A stretch of DNA of 64,000 bases from Candidatus Cloacimonadales bacterium (GCA_963677495.2 CAXXOU010000004.1:448001-512000); one strand, 5' to 3'. Positions 40,191-50,497 are shown, numbered from the stretch's first letter. The notes: generated by a model not told the origin, from the sequence alone. Translations and numbers: made by a program.

Positions 40191-40279
40191 ATAGCCTACA
40201 GCGAGTAGCCTACAGTCTATAGCCTACAGCTTATAGCCTATAGCCTATAGCCTACAGCTTATAGCCTATAGCCTATAGT
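40191..40279 (+). repeat. Heptamer tandem array (TAGCCTA/CAGCTTA)n
   Basis: About 12 units of 7 bp; inverted counterpart at 41148-41198. Confidence 0.92.
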
Positions 40280-40349
40280 TTTAAAGTCTGTAGGTTTCAC
40301 TAAATAATTATCTTATTGACATTTAGATGATTGCTATCAGTATATGATT

Positions 40350-40709
40350 ATGGAAAGGAAATGTATTATTAGTGATAAATCATTAGCGTTCGCTGTTAGG
40401 ATTGTAAATTTAAGTAAATACTTAAGAGATAAGTGTCATGAAAGAACCTTATCCGTTCAAATCCTTAGATCCGGTACATCAATTGGTGCGAATATTGAAG
40501 AAGCAAATGGAGCTCAATCAGATAAAGACTTTATCGCTAAAATGAGCATTGCCTATAAAGAATGCAGAGAAACAAAGTACTGGTTAACTTTACTCCACAA
40601 AACAGACTATCTTAATGAAGCTCAATATGAATCACTCATGAAAGACAATCTAGAACTACTCAAAATCATTATCGCAATTATCAAAACTAAAAAGCAAAAT
40701 ATGAAATAA
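40350..40709 (+). CDS. Four helix bundle protein (23S-IVS-protein/Avd-like family), copy 1
   Basis: DKS.AFAVRIV.L, QILRSGTSIGANIEEA, DFIAK.SIA.KE..ET.YWL; ATG at 40350 (alternative 40344). Confidence 0.92.
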   Translation: MERKCIISDKSLAFAVRIVNLSKYLRDKCHERTLSVQILRSGTSIGANIEEANGAQSDKDFIAKMSIAYKECRETKYWLTLLHKTDYLNEAQYESLMKDNLELLKIIIAIIKTKKQNMK

Positions 40710-40787
40710 GCAATAGCTTATAGTCTGTAGGTTTTTACTAAATAATTATCTTATTGACATTTAGATGATTGCTATCAGTATATAATT

Positions 40788-41144
40788 ATGGAAAGGGAAT
40801 GTATTATTAGTGATAAATCATTAGCGTTCGCTGTTAGGATTGTAAATCTAAGTAAATACTTAAGAGATAAGTGTCATGAAAGAACCTTATCTGTTCAAAT
40901 CCTTAGATCCGGTACATCGATTGGTGCGAACATTGAAGAAGCGAATGGGGCTCAATCAGATAAAGACTTTATCGCTAAAATGAGCATTGCCTATAAAGAA
41001 TGCAGAGAAACAAAGTATTGGTTAACTTTACTTCACAAAACAGATTATCTCAATGAAGCTCAATATGAATCACTCATGAAAGACAATTTAGAACTACTCA
41101 AAATCATTATCGCAATTATCAAAACTAAAAAGAAGAAGATGTAA
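40788..41144 (+). CDS. Four helix bundle protein, copy 2 (438-bp tandem duplication including the promoter)
   Basis: Near-identical to copy 1; differences are almost all synonymous. Confidence 0.92.
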   Translation: MERECIISDKSLAFAVRIVNLSKYLRDKCHERTLSVQILRSGTSIGANIEEANGAQSDKDFIAKMSIAYKECRETKYWLTLLHKTDYLNEAQYESLMKDNLELLKIIIAIIKTKKKKM

Positions 41145-41147
41145 AAA

Positions 41148-41198
41148 GCTATAGGCTGTAGGCTATTCGCTATAGGCTCTCTTTCAGCTATAGGCTTT
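41148..41198 (-). repeat. Inverted heptamer array (TAGGCTA)n
   Basis: GCTATAGGCTGTAGGCTATTCGCTATAGGCT is the near reverse complement of the start of the 40191 array. Confidence 0.85.
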
Positions 41199-41416
41199 TA
41201 GTTATCTTCAACTTAAGGAAAAAGGATCCCAACAAAGTTAATCCTGCTTGGAAAGGAATAAGTCTAAAATTAAAATCTTGACACACAAAAAATACGTCTT
41301 AATAATGTATGTATGAATTAGTTGAGTCCGTGCCTTCATTGAAGAGTAATGCTCTCACAGAATGCAGTTTCAACTTTACCAACAACAACCATTTAACCAA
41401 AACTGGAGGAAGTATT

Positions 41417-43084
41417 ATGAAAAAGCTTATCATGTTTTTACCCTTGTTTTTCCTCATCAGCAATGTTCTTACACAATCCAGAGAAGAGTGGATTTGGTCA
41501 GCAACAGCCGGTGGGAGTAACAACGACTGGGGTACAGGTATTGCCATCGATGAAAGTGGCAATAGCTATATAACAGGGACTTTTGAATTAACAGCAAATT
41601 TCGGATCAACGTCTATAACGAGTAACGGCACAAAGGATATCTTTGTTGCAAAACTAGACCCTGAAGGTAACTATCTTTGGTCAACACATGCCGGCGGTAA
41701 CATTGGTGACTGGGCTTATGACATATCTACGGATAATGAAGGTAACAGCTATGTCACAGGAGTGATAACAGGCACAGTCACTTTTGATGCAATAACACTC
41801 GTTTCCAATGGAGGATGGGATATCTTTGTTGCAAAATTAGATTCTCTTGGAAGCTGGGAGTGGGCTATTAATGCAGGAGGAGCTGCTGCAGATCAGGGTC
41901 TGGCAATTGCAACAAACGAAGAAGGAGATTCTTTTGTTACCGGAACTTTCGAAGATAATGCAACTTTTGGGATATTACCATTCACTAGTAATGGATGGGA
42001 TGATATCTTTGTTATGAAAGTTGATACTTGGGGTAATATCATTTGGGTATATCAATGCGGTGGAACCGGTTCAGATGAAGGAACCGGCATCACTGTTGAT
42101 GACAATGATAACTGCTTTTTTACAGGTTCATTCAGCGATACTGCTACTTTTGGACCAACATCCCTGACGAGTGACGGACAGTATGATATCTTCATTAGTA
42201 AAATTGACCAATATGGCAGTTGGCAGTGGACGAATCGTGCCGGAGGGACGGATGATGATTATGGAAGCTGTGTTGATTTAGATAATAGTGGATATTGCTA
42301 CATTGGTGGTGAGTTTGAAGGAACAGCTTCATTTGGACCATACTCTTTAATCAATAGTGGAAACTGGTATGATATTTATGTCGCAAAACTTGATGAATTC
42401 GGTAATTGGGAATGGGCTAACTCAGCTCATGGATCAACACCGGAAGATTGTGAAGCCATTGCTGTTGATAGTAGGGGTAATGCTACTATCACAGGCTATT
42501 TCAACGGTACTTTGGAGTTTGGATCAATAGTCCTTACAGACAGTGATGCTGTTACATTTGATGGTTATATCGCTAAAATCAACAATGCAGGTACCTGGTT
42601 ATGGGCTGAAAGTTTCGGTAACACCAATGGAGAAGATTGCAATGGTGTCGTAATCGATAATTTTGGTTCAAGCTACATAACCGGCTATTTTACAAATACT
42701 TTATCTATCGGTGGAGCGTGGTTAAATAGTCATGGTGGTAGAGACATATTAACTGCCAAGTATGGTTTTCCACCATTAGATAATGATGGAACAGCTTGTG
42801 AACCAAATTCTCTGCATATCAACAGTTATCCAAACCCATTCTGTACAACCAATAAGCTTACTTACAATGTTTCACAGACCGGGAACGTCAAGCTGGAAGT
42901 GTTTAACATGCGTGGACAACTTGTAAAACAGTTATTACATGATTACCAAACTAAGGGTGAACATTCATTAAGCTGGGATGGAATGGACGCAAACGGAAAG
43001 CAGGTTCCATCAGGTTTATATTTCTACAAGATTTCTTTAGATAATGCCATTATGACACATAAAGTAGTTGTTCTAAAAGATTAA
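41417..43084 (+). CDS. Secreted SBBP/beta-propeller repeat protein with C-terminal FlgD-Ig-like sorting domain
   Basis: About 7 repeats of D..GNSY.TG.F...ATFG...L.S.G..DIFVAKLD..G.W.W; YPNPF...WDG.D..G..V.SGLYFY; ATG at 41417 has GGAGG. Confidence 0.88.
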   Translation: MKKLIMFLPLFFLISNVLTQSREEWIWSATAGGSNNDWGTGIAIDESGNSYITGTFELTANFGSTSITSNGTKDIFVAKLDPEGNYLWSTHAGGNIGDWAYDISTDNEGNSYVTGVITGTVTFDAITLVSNGGWDIFVAKLDSLGSWEWAINAGGAAADQGLAIATNEEGDSFVTGTFEDNATFGILPFTSNGWDDIFVMKVDTWGNIIWVYQCGGTGSDEGTGITVDDNDNCFFTGSFSDTATFGPTSLTSDGQYDIFISKIDQYGSWQWTNRAGGTDDDYGSCVDLDNSGYCYIGGEFEGTASFGPYSLINSGNWYDIYVAKLDEFGNWEWANSAHGSTPEDCEAIAVDSRGNATITGYFNGTLEFGSIVLTDSDAVTFDGYIAKINNAGTWLWAESFGNTNGEDCNGVVIDNFGSSYITGYFTNTLSIGGAWLNSHGGRDILTAKYGFPPLDNDGTACEPNSLHINSYPNPFCTTNKLTYNVSQTGNVKLEVFNMRGQLVKQLLHDYQTKGEHSLSWDGMDANGKQVPSGLYFYKISLDNAIMTHKVVVLKD

Positions 43085-43104
43085 CTTCTAGTTTTAGAAA
43101 CATG

Positions 43105-43138
43105 AGAAGGTTGTGAGAACAACCTTCTTTTCTTTTTC
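43105..43138 (+). terminator. Rho-independent terminator
   Basis: AGAAGGTTGT-gaga-ACAACCTTCT followed by a T-tract. Confidence 0.8.
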
Positions 43139-43140
43139 TA

Positions 43141-43404
43141 ATCCTATATGGATTACGTAACAATAGTCATAGGTTTCAATCTATGAGAAATGAATCTCCC
43201 AATCAATAATCGACCCTACATGGGTCGCACTAAATCGTAGCCTATAGCCCAAAAAATGCTTCCCAGAACCACCAGATTCATCTGGTGGCTAGACTAAAAC
43301 CAAAGAAACCCAACCCCACCCACATTCCGAAACGAAATGTGGGTGGGGAAGATAGTTCGGAAGATGCTACTGCCCCTACTTGAAAGTAGGGGTTTCGGGG
43401 AAGC
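43141..43404. repeat. REP-like composite elements
   Basis: 43141-43229 is a copy of 39757-39842; 43258-43404 has nested hairpins CCACCAGATTCATCTGGTGG, CCCCACCCACATT/AATGTGGGTGGGG and CCCCTACTTGAAAGTAGGGG, closed by GCTTCCC/GGGAAGC. Confidence 0.75.
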
Positions 43405-43469
43405 AAATCTCAATTATCGCTCTATTCCCATGCTTTTATCATGACTAATAACCACATAAATCTAAGGAG

Positions 43470-43550
43470 ACTCTTGCATAACCCTTGCATAAATCCTGCA
43501 TAACTATGCAAGAGAGTTGTAAGATTCTTGTATGTTGGTTGAAGGGTTTG
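43470..43550. repeat. 11-bp-period hairpin, family G (unit ~CTTGCATAACC)
   Basis: CTTGCATAACC/CTTGCATAAAT/CCTGCATAACT then inverted ATGCAAGAGAG/TTGTAAGATTC/TTGTATGTTGG. Confidence 0.8.
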
Positions 43551-43709
43551 TGCGCTTGTTGTTCGGGGGTGATTCGAGTGAGAAAAGGGACAAGGGAGTA
43601 TCTTTTTAGCTAATGTTCTAACACTCTTGATTGGGTAGGAATAAGTTCATTCTTGACAACTGAATGTTAATATATATATTTAAAGCATAAAATATTACAA
43701 GGGATCATT

Positions 43710-45259
43710 ATGGGTAAAACATTGGTATTTTTATTTCTGTTTTTGGTAACTGCTTCTTTTGCTGAAATGAATCAACTAAGAATTGAAGGTAAAGCAAAAT
43801 TTCAAGATGGAATAATGATATCCAAGGATATTGTGGACAAGAATATGGAGCAAGCAGCTCTTATTGTGTTTCTGACTGATCTTGATGTTGACATAGTTTT
43901 TCGCCCATCCAATGGATTAGTACGCCCAGTTCTAGATAGAACACCTGGAAGATATGAGGTCTTTGTCTCTCCAGGTGAACGCTACATAACTGTTAATGCT
44001 ACAAAATATCAAGAATTCGAAGTTGTTCTATCGACTTATGGAATTCGTAGGTTAAGGAGTGGAGAAGTCTATGAGCTAAAAATCACATCAAAAGCAAAAG
44101 AAAACAACATAGCAATCAATATTTTTTCTGACCAAGAAGATGCGAGTGTTTTTCTTGATAATACTTATGTAGGCTTTATTAAAAATGGATTGTTACAAGT
44201 AGAAAATATCTTTACTGGTAAGCATCTACTTAAAATAAAGAAACCTGGCTTTAAACCATATAATGATGATATTTATGTAAGTTTAGAGAGCAATAGCTTC
44301 ACAGCAACTTTATTTGCTGCTGAACTAGATGCCGTTGATTTTCGATTTACTTCATACCCGAGTGGAGCAGAAATATATATTGATAACAAGTTGCAAGTTG
44401 ACTCAAAAACTAGCTGTGTTATTCCACTATATCCAGACAAGTATGAGATAACTCTTAAGCTTGATGAGTATATTGAACACCACACAGAAATAACGGTATC
44501 TCAGAAAGAAACGAAAATCCTGCACTATGATTTTCTGAAAAATGATATTTATAATAATTATGATAAAAATTTGCTTGATTTACTTTATCTAATAAAAGAC
44601 AATGGCTCCATAACTCAATTCAATAGTGGATTCTTGCTTGCTTCAAATCCCTTTAATAAGAGAAGCCGTAGAGGTGGATCTGTTTTTTTTAACACGCTTT
44701 ATACTTCTGCAGGTCTACAATATCACTTCCCTATACTTGCGAAAGGTTCTGTCATTGTACCAATAGATTCTTACAAGATAACTAAATCTTATTATGCTGG
44801 AGCAAGTCTAATCGGAGATATGATAATTGGGCAAGATAGTGCAATTATTGATTTACTATCTTTGAATTGTGGTCTAATTCTTTCTTCGAATAGCTTACGA
44901 CATAGGCTAATTTTAGATGTAGATGCCTTTGGGAAGATGATAGGATACCTTAACAATAAGTTTAAGTTGGATTCAGGTGTTTCAATAGTAGCTGTTGATG
45001 AAGAATCTAACGATACGGAATCTTTGCCTCTTGCATGGGTACCATTTCATTTGTCTGCTCGTTATGAAAACATTATTTATAAGTCTATAGGATTATCTGT
45101 TATAGCTGGTGCTTTTATTATAACTCCTCCTGATGTTAATTTGGGTTTATGGAAGATGACATCGATAACTGGTTACCAAATACAAGTGGAGAACAAAAAC
45201 CTGACATTTCAGTACTTGATTCGGTGATACCATACTTTGGAGTAGGTATCAGATTTTGA
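43710..45259 (+). CDS. Secreted PEGA-domain protein with probable beta-barrel C-terminus; frameshift at ~45140-45146
   Basis: Signal peptide and two PEGA-like repeats (S.P.GA.IYID); an alternative frame gives ...MEDDIDNW...PYFGVGIRF-stop at 45259. Confidence 0.75.
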
Positions 45260-45304
45260 CAGCGATTGTAATCTCGATTGGAAAAAAATTGTGTCCACGT
45301 TTTC

Positions 45305-45599
45305 TTAAGAACCAAATGCAACGAGAAAGTATTATCAAATCAAATCCTTAGATCCGGTACATCAATTGGTGCGAATATTGAAGAAGCAAATGGAGCTCAG
45401 TCTGATAAGGACTTTGTATCAAAATTGGAGCATTGCCTATAAAGAATGCCGTGAAAACGCTTTATTGGTTAACTCTCCTACATGAAACTGATTACATAGA
45501 TGACAACCAGTACAATTCTATGAGTCAAGATTGCACTGAGCTACTCAAGATAATAATCGTTAATATAAAGACAAAGAAGAAGAATATGGCAACATCTTA
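45305..45599 (+). pseudogene. Third four helix bundle gene, 5'-truncated with two +1 frameshifts
   Basis: LRTKCNEKVLSNQILRSGTSIGANIEEANGAQSDKDFVSK/SIAYKECRE/TLYWLTLLHETDY...IKTKKKNMATS*. Confidence 0.85.
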
Positions 45600-45774
45600 G
45601 TAATCTACAATTAATAATCAATAGTCTATAGTCATTTGCTGCCAGCTACTAAACAATAGATCATAAACTCTTAACTCTTATCTATAAACTGAAGATTATG
45701 GACTATCGACTATTAACTATAGCAATCAGCTATTTTCTCTTGACACTATCAAACCCTCTAAAACTGTTTAAGCT

Positions 45775-46941
45775 ATGGAAATAACAGTCAAAAAATTCGG
45801 TGGGACATCGGTTGCCAGCATAGAGAAGATAAAACGGATTGCGGAGAACCTTGCGGATGCTAAGCGTCGGGGGGAGAACATTGTGACCGTTGTGTCGGCT
45901 ATGGGGAAGACGACTGATAACCTTACCAGACTTGCATATAAAGTGACTGGTAACCCCGGGAAACGTGAGATGGATATGCTTTTGACAGCAGGGGAGAGGA
46001 TAAGTATGTCCCTGCTCTCTATCGCACTTCAGGACCTTGGGGTTGAGTCAATCTCATTTACCGGCTCACAGAGCGGGATAATCACTAACTGTAATCACGG
46101 TAATGCCCGGATTCTGGATGTGAAGGCTTTCAGAATCAGAGAGGAACTTGAAAAAGGTAAACTTGTGATTGTTGCCGGGTTCCAGGGAGTTAGCGGACAG
46201 AAAGAGGTTACGACCCTCGGAAGAGGTGGTTCTGATACAACAGCAGTGGCTTTAGCTGCATATCTTGGAGCAAAGCGTTGTGAGATCTATACAGATGTTG
46301 ACGGAATCTATTCAACTGATCCACGCTATAACGACAATGCCAACAGATTAGAGCAGATTGACTATGACAGTTGCATTGCCCTTGCAGCCCGTGGAGCACA
46401 GGTGATACACCCGCGAGCAGTTGAATTTGCAAGTATTTACGATATTAAAGTTGAAGTGAAATCGTCCTTCACATTTGCCGAAGGAACGATGATAGGAGAT
46501 ATAGAAGAGATGGAAGAACGCAGAATAACAGCAATAACATCAAAAGAGAAGCTTGTGGCAGTTACACTTGATGAGAATTGTGACTTTGGAAAAGTAATCG
46601 AAAGCATCACTTTTGGTCTGTTTGCTTATGAGATTGATAAAGGCAAGCTTGTTCTGTTCATTGAAGATAAATGCAAGGATGAACTGGTTGATGTTCTTAA
46701 TGAACTTGAATGTCAACCGTGCTTAATGCAGGACAAACTGAGCTGTCTGACAGCTGTGGGAGCAGGAATCCACTCGAATCTGAAGCTTGTGAAAGAACTG
46801 ATTGATTTCTTCAAAGCCAAAGATATTGACATTACTTATATGAACACACCGATAAATGGAATCTCCTTTTACTTGGAAAACATAGAAACAACAGAATTAG
46901 TAACTGAAATACATAATAGATTTATAGAAATTAAGGATTAA
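45775..46941 (+). CDS. lysC: Aspartate kinase
   Basis: KFGGTSV, VVSAMG, TTLGRGGSD and DPR; C-terminal ACT-like region. Confidence 0.92.
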   Translation: MEITVKKFGGTSVASIEKIKRIAENLADAKRRGENIVTVVSAMGKTTDNLTRLAYKVTGNPGKREMDMLLTAGERISMSLLSIALQDLGVESISFTGSQSGIITNCNHGNARILDVKAFRIREELEKGKLVIVAGFQGVSGQKEVTTLGRGGSDTTAVALAAYLGAKRCEIYTDVDGIYSTDPRYNDNANRLEQIDYDSCIALAARGAQVIHPRAVEFASIYDIKVEVKSSFTFAEGTMIGDIEEMEERRITAITSKEKLVAVTLDENCDFGKVIESITFGLFAYEIDKGKLVLFIEDKCKDELVDVLNELECQPCLMQDKLSCLTAVGAGIHSNLKLVKELIDFFKAKDIDITYMNTPINGISFYLENIETTELVTEIHNRFIEIKD

Positions 46942-46944
46942 TAG

Positions 46945-48963
46945 ATGGGAAAATATTTAGTAACAAGTGCTTTGCCGTATGCGAACGGTAAACTTCATAT
47001 TGGGCATGTTGCCGGTGCTTATTTACCGGCTGATATATTTGTGAGATACAGAAGATTGCATGAAGAGGATGTAATCTATATTTGTGGAACTGATGAGCAT
47101 GGTGCACCAATCTCTATTGCAGCCGAGAAAGAGGGTTTGACCCCACAGGATATCGTTGATCGTTATCATAAGAGCATTAAAGATAGCTTTGACGGACTTA
47201 ACATAGACTTCGATAACTTCTCAGGAACTGCAAGAAAACCACATCATGGTCTTGCCCAACAGTTCTTCACTGAGCTCTTGGAAAATGGTTACATTACAAC
47301 AAAGCATGGAAAGCAGTTCTTTGATGAGAAAGAGAACAGATTCCTGCCTGATAGATATATAGAGGGTATATGCCCTCATTGTAAAGCTGAAGGTGCTCGT
47401 GGAGACCAATGCGATGCATGTGGTAAGCTTATTGACGCAGAAACCTTGATTAATCCTGTAAGTAAGATTTCAGGCTCTACACCTGTACTTAAAGAGACCT
47501 TCCACTGGTACCTTGACCTGCCTAAGTTTAATGAGAAACTGCAAACATGGCTCGGAAGTAAGGATTACTGGAAAGAGAATGTTGTGAACTTCATTATGAG
47601 TTGGTTGAAAGAGGGCCTTATCGAAAGAGCTATCACCAGAGACATTAATTGGGGTGTCCCGGTTCCTGTTGAAGAAGCAATAAACAAAGTTCTTTACGTA
47701 TGGTTTGACGCTCCAATCGGTTACATTTCATCTACCAAAGAGTGGGCTGCGCGTATCGGTGAACCTGAAAGATGGAAAGATTACTGGCTTGATCAGGAAA
47801 CTAAGATGATTCACTTTATCGGAAAAGATAATATTCCGTTCCATACGATTATCTGGCCTGCACTCTTAATGGGTCAGAATGAAGGTTATGTCTTGCCTTA
47901 CGATGTTCCTGCTAATGAATACCTTACACTTGAGGGTGATAAGATCTCTACAAGCCGTAATTGGGCTATCTGGGTAGAGGATTTCCTTAAGCACTTTGAT
48001 GGTGAGTATCTGAGATATGTCTTAGCTGCCAATGCACCTGAGAGTAAAGATGCAGATTTCAACTGGAAGGAGTTCCAGGGTAAGATAAACAGTGAACTGA
48101 ACAACGTATTCGGTAACCTTGTGAACCGTGTGTTCACATTTACAAAGAAACGCTTTGAAGGTGTTATTGCAAAACCTGATAATCTTAGTGATAGTGCTGT
48201 AAATGCACTTTTAGAAGTTGATGCACTTATCGCAGAAGTTGATAAAGCTTATGCAAACTATCAGGTACGAAGAGCTGTTAAAACAATTATGGACATTGCG
48301 CGTGTCGGTAATAAGTTCTTTGATGAAACCCAGCCTTGGAAGACTGTGAAAGAGACTCCTGAGCTTACAAAAGAGACTCTCTATGTTTGTGGTGAGATTA
48401 TCAGAAAGGTATCTGTTATCTTCTACCCTGTGATTCCAAAGCACATTGAACGCTTGAGAACTATGATGAATCTTGAACCAAAACCTGTTTGGAACAATAT
48501 TAATAAAGAACAAACGATTGAACTTGGAGAGATTACAGCACTGTTCAGTAAAGTTGAAGACAAGCAGGTTGAAGAGCAGTTAGCAATATTAGAAGCAAAT
48601 TCAAAAGCGAACCAGAAGAAAGAGGTTGTACCTTTCAAAGATGAGGTAGAGTTTGATGACTTCATGAAGTTAGACTTCAGAGTTGTGAAGATTATCTCTG
48701 CTGAGAAGGTTAAGAAAGCTAATAAGCTTCTTAAGGTGGAAGTTGAAGATGGCACAGGTATCAGAACAGTTGTTGCCGGTGTTGCCAAGTTCTACAAGCC
48801 GGAAGATATCGTTGGTAAGAAAGTTATCATGCTTGTAAATCTAAAACCAAGAAAGCTGAGAGGAATCGAGTCACAGGGTATGATTTTAGCATGCTCAGAC
48901 GATGAGAACCTTTCATTCCTTTCTCCTGAAAAAGACTTTGATCCGGGGACAATAGTATCATAA
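46945..48963 (+). CDS. metG: Methionine--tRNA ligase
   Basis: ALPYANGKLHIGH, Zn knuckle, KISTS and C-terminal tRNA-binding domain. Confidence 0.96.
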   Translation: MGKYLVTSALPYANGKLHIGHVAGAYLPADIFVRYRRLHEEDVIYICGTDEHGAPISIAAEKEGLTPQDIVDRYHKSIKDSFDGLNIDFDNFSGTARKPHHGLAQQFFTELLENGYITTKHGKQFFDEKENRFLPDRYIEGICPHCKAEGARGDQCDACGKLIDAETLINPVSKISGSTPVLKETFHWYLDLPKFNEKLQTWLGSKDYWKENVVNFIMSWLKEGLIERAITRDINWGVPVPVEEAINKVLYVWFDAPIGYISSTKEWAARIGEPERWKDYWLDQETKMIHFIGKDNIPFHTIIWPALLMGQNEGYVLPYDVPANEYLTLEGDKISTSRNWAIWVEDFLKHFDGEYLRYVLAANAPESKDADFNWKEFQGKINSELNNVFGNLVNRVFTFTKKRFEGVIAKPDNLSDSAVNALLEVDALIAEVDKAYANYQVRRAVKTIMDIARVGNKFFDETQPWKTVKETPELTKETLYVCGEIIRKVSVIFYPVIPKHIERLRTMMNLEPKPVWNNINKEQTIELGEITALFSKVEDKQVEEQLAILEANSKANQKKEVVPFKDEVEFDDFMKLDFRVVKIISAEKVKKANKLLKVEVEDGTGIRTVVAGVAKFYKPEDIVGKKVIMLVNLKPRKLRGIESQGMILACSDDENLSFLSPEKDFDPGTIVS

Positions 48964-50369
48964 AAAGAATTATATCCTTAGCCCTCTTGCTATGTGCATT
49001 AGCATCACTCTTCTCATTTGAGATAGATGGGGAAGAGCTATATGTGCATGTATTGATTGCCTCCGGTGATTCGTTGATGCTCGATTCTGTGACCTTTGAT
49101 CTAGTAGGTAAAGAAGTGGAATCATTATCTACTCCGGTAAAAGTCACCATTGATACGACTTACGCTGACATTAAGTATCTTACAAAGGAAAGACAGCAGT
49201 ATGCTGATCGTTGGATTGAGCATAGGTTGTTCTTAAAAGATATGCATTTATCAGAGGTTGACGAGTGGTATTATAGGCTGAATAATCTGGAAGTTATGAT
49301 GCATAAGAAATCGGGTGGTGGAGAGCTAATTGAAAGAGAGATTCACTATGGCAGGTTCTTGCTGAATAGTAATGGGGAAGAGAGATATACTACTTCTAAT
49401 ATAACAAAATTCGATGCAGTTGCATTGACAATAGATGGTTTTGAGGGTACCTATTCCGGTACCTTCAGTTTACTTGCACATGAAGGCAAGATTGGGATTG
49501 TACAAAAAGTCCCATTTGAGGAATATGTGATTGGTGTTGTCGCTTCTGAGATAGGTGATTTTGCACCTGATGAAGCACTGAAAGCACAGGCTATTGCTGC
49601 CAGAACCAAGACAATACGAACACTTATGCATCCCAAAGTGATTACTCTTTACTTTGATTTCTGTAACACAACTACAACTCAAGTTTACAGAGGAACTGAT
49701 AAGGTAAGAGCTAATATCAGAGAAGCAGTAGAAGCCACAAAAAGTGAAGTTCTCACATACAATGATACTATTATTGATGCACTCTTTAGTAGCAACTGTG
49801 GGGGAGTGACAGAATCAAACAACAATGTGTGGAACGGTGATCCTATCCCTTACCTGCAAAGTGTTGTTGATATGAAAGCTGCCGGAAAGTATAACCTTAG
49901 AAGTGAATCAGGTGTTAAGAACTGGATAGATTCAAAGACCACACCAAAGACAAAGCAGAAGCTTGCCAGTTGGCAAAGGAAGTATTTCCATTGGGTTAGG
50001 CATGTCAGAGTTGAAGATGTGAAAGCTAAGACCGGATTAGATAGAGTTAAGAATATTAAAGTTCTTAAAAGAGGTGATTCCGGTAGAATCTTACAGTTAG
50101 AGATTAGTGGCAATGAGAAGATTGTCCTCAAAAACCAAAGTGAGATAAGGGCTACATTCGGTGGATTACCAAGCTCCATGTGTTACTTTGAAAGAACCAA
50201 AAGCGGATTCAAAGTAATCGGAAGAGGATACGGTCACGGAGTTGGTATGTGCCAATCGGGTGCAATAGTGAAAGCATTTCAAGGTTGGGATTACAAGAAA
50301 ATACTCATGCATTTTTACCAAAATGCAAAGATAGATACTATAAAGATTTTGGATATTTATAAGAAATAG
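48960..50369 (+). CDS. SpoIID/LytB-domain protein (start uncertain: ATA 48960 or TTG 48987)
   Basis: EEYV.GVVASE, EALKAQAIAART, QVY.G and G.GYGHGVGMCQ.GA. Confidence 0.88.
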   Translation: MKRIISLALLLCALASLFSFEIDGEELYVHVLIASGDSLMLDSVTFDLVGKEVESLSTPVKVTIDTTYADIKYLTKERQQYADRWIEHRLFLKDMHLSEVDEWYYRLNNLEVMMHKKSGGGELIEREIHYGRFLLNSNGEERYTTSNITKFDAVALTIDGFEGTYSGTFSLLAHEGKIGIVQKVPFEEYVIGVVASEIGDFAPDEALKAQAIAARTKTIRTLMHPKVITLYFDFCNTTTTQVYRGTDKVRANIREAVEATKSEVLTYNDTIIDALFSSNCGGVTESNNNVWNGDPIPYLQSVVDMKAAGKYNLRSESGVKNWIDSKTTPKTKQKLASWQRKYFHWVRHVRVEDVKAKTGLDRVKNIKVLKRGDSGRILQLEISGNEKIVLKNQSEIRATFGGLPSSMCYFERTKSGFKVIGRGYGHGVGMCQSGAIVKAFQGWDYKKILMHFYQNAKIDTIKILDIYKK

Positions 50370-50395
50370 AACTTCTATAGTTTCTTTCATATAAG

Positions 50396-50497
50396 TGGCA
50401 TACTCGACCACGGGTTGACCACGGGTAAACCACGGGTTAACCACGGCTCCCGCCGTTTAGGCGTGGTTTACCCGTGGTTCATCCGAGGTAAAATATG
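50396..50497. repeat. 11-bp-period hairpin, family A copy 2
   Basis: Four ACCACGG units then inverted CGTGGTT units; near reverse complement of 6396-6494. Confidence 0.9.

Noticed and set aside
40350..41144. Diversity-generating retroelement (Avd-like proteins, TR/VR pair)
   Set aside because: There is no reverse transcriptase, and the differences between copies are mixed synonymous transitions rather than adenine-specific changes.
40191..41198. 23S rRNA intervening sequence
   Set aside because: The flanks show no rRNA-like sequence.
45600..45774. Lysine riboswitch or T-box upstream of lysC-metG
   Set aside because: No conserved elements were seen, and the promoter-like TTGACA lies only 35 bp from the ATG.
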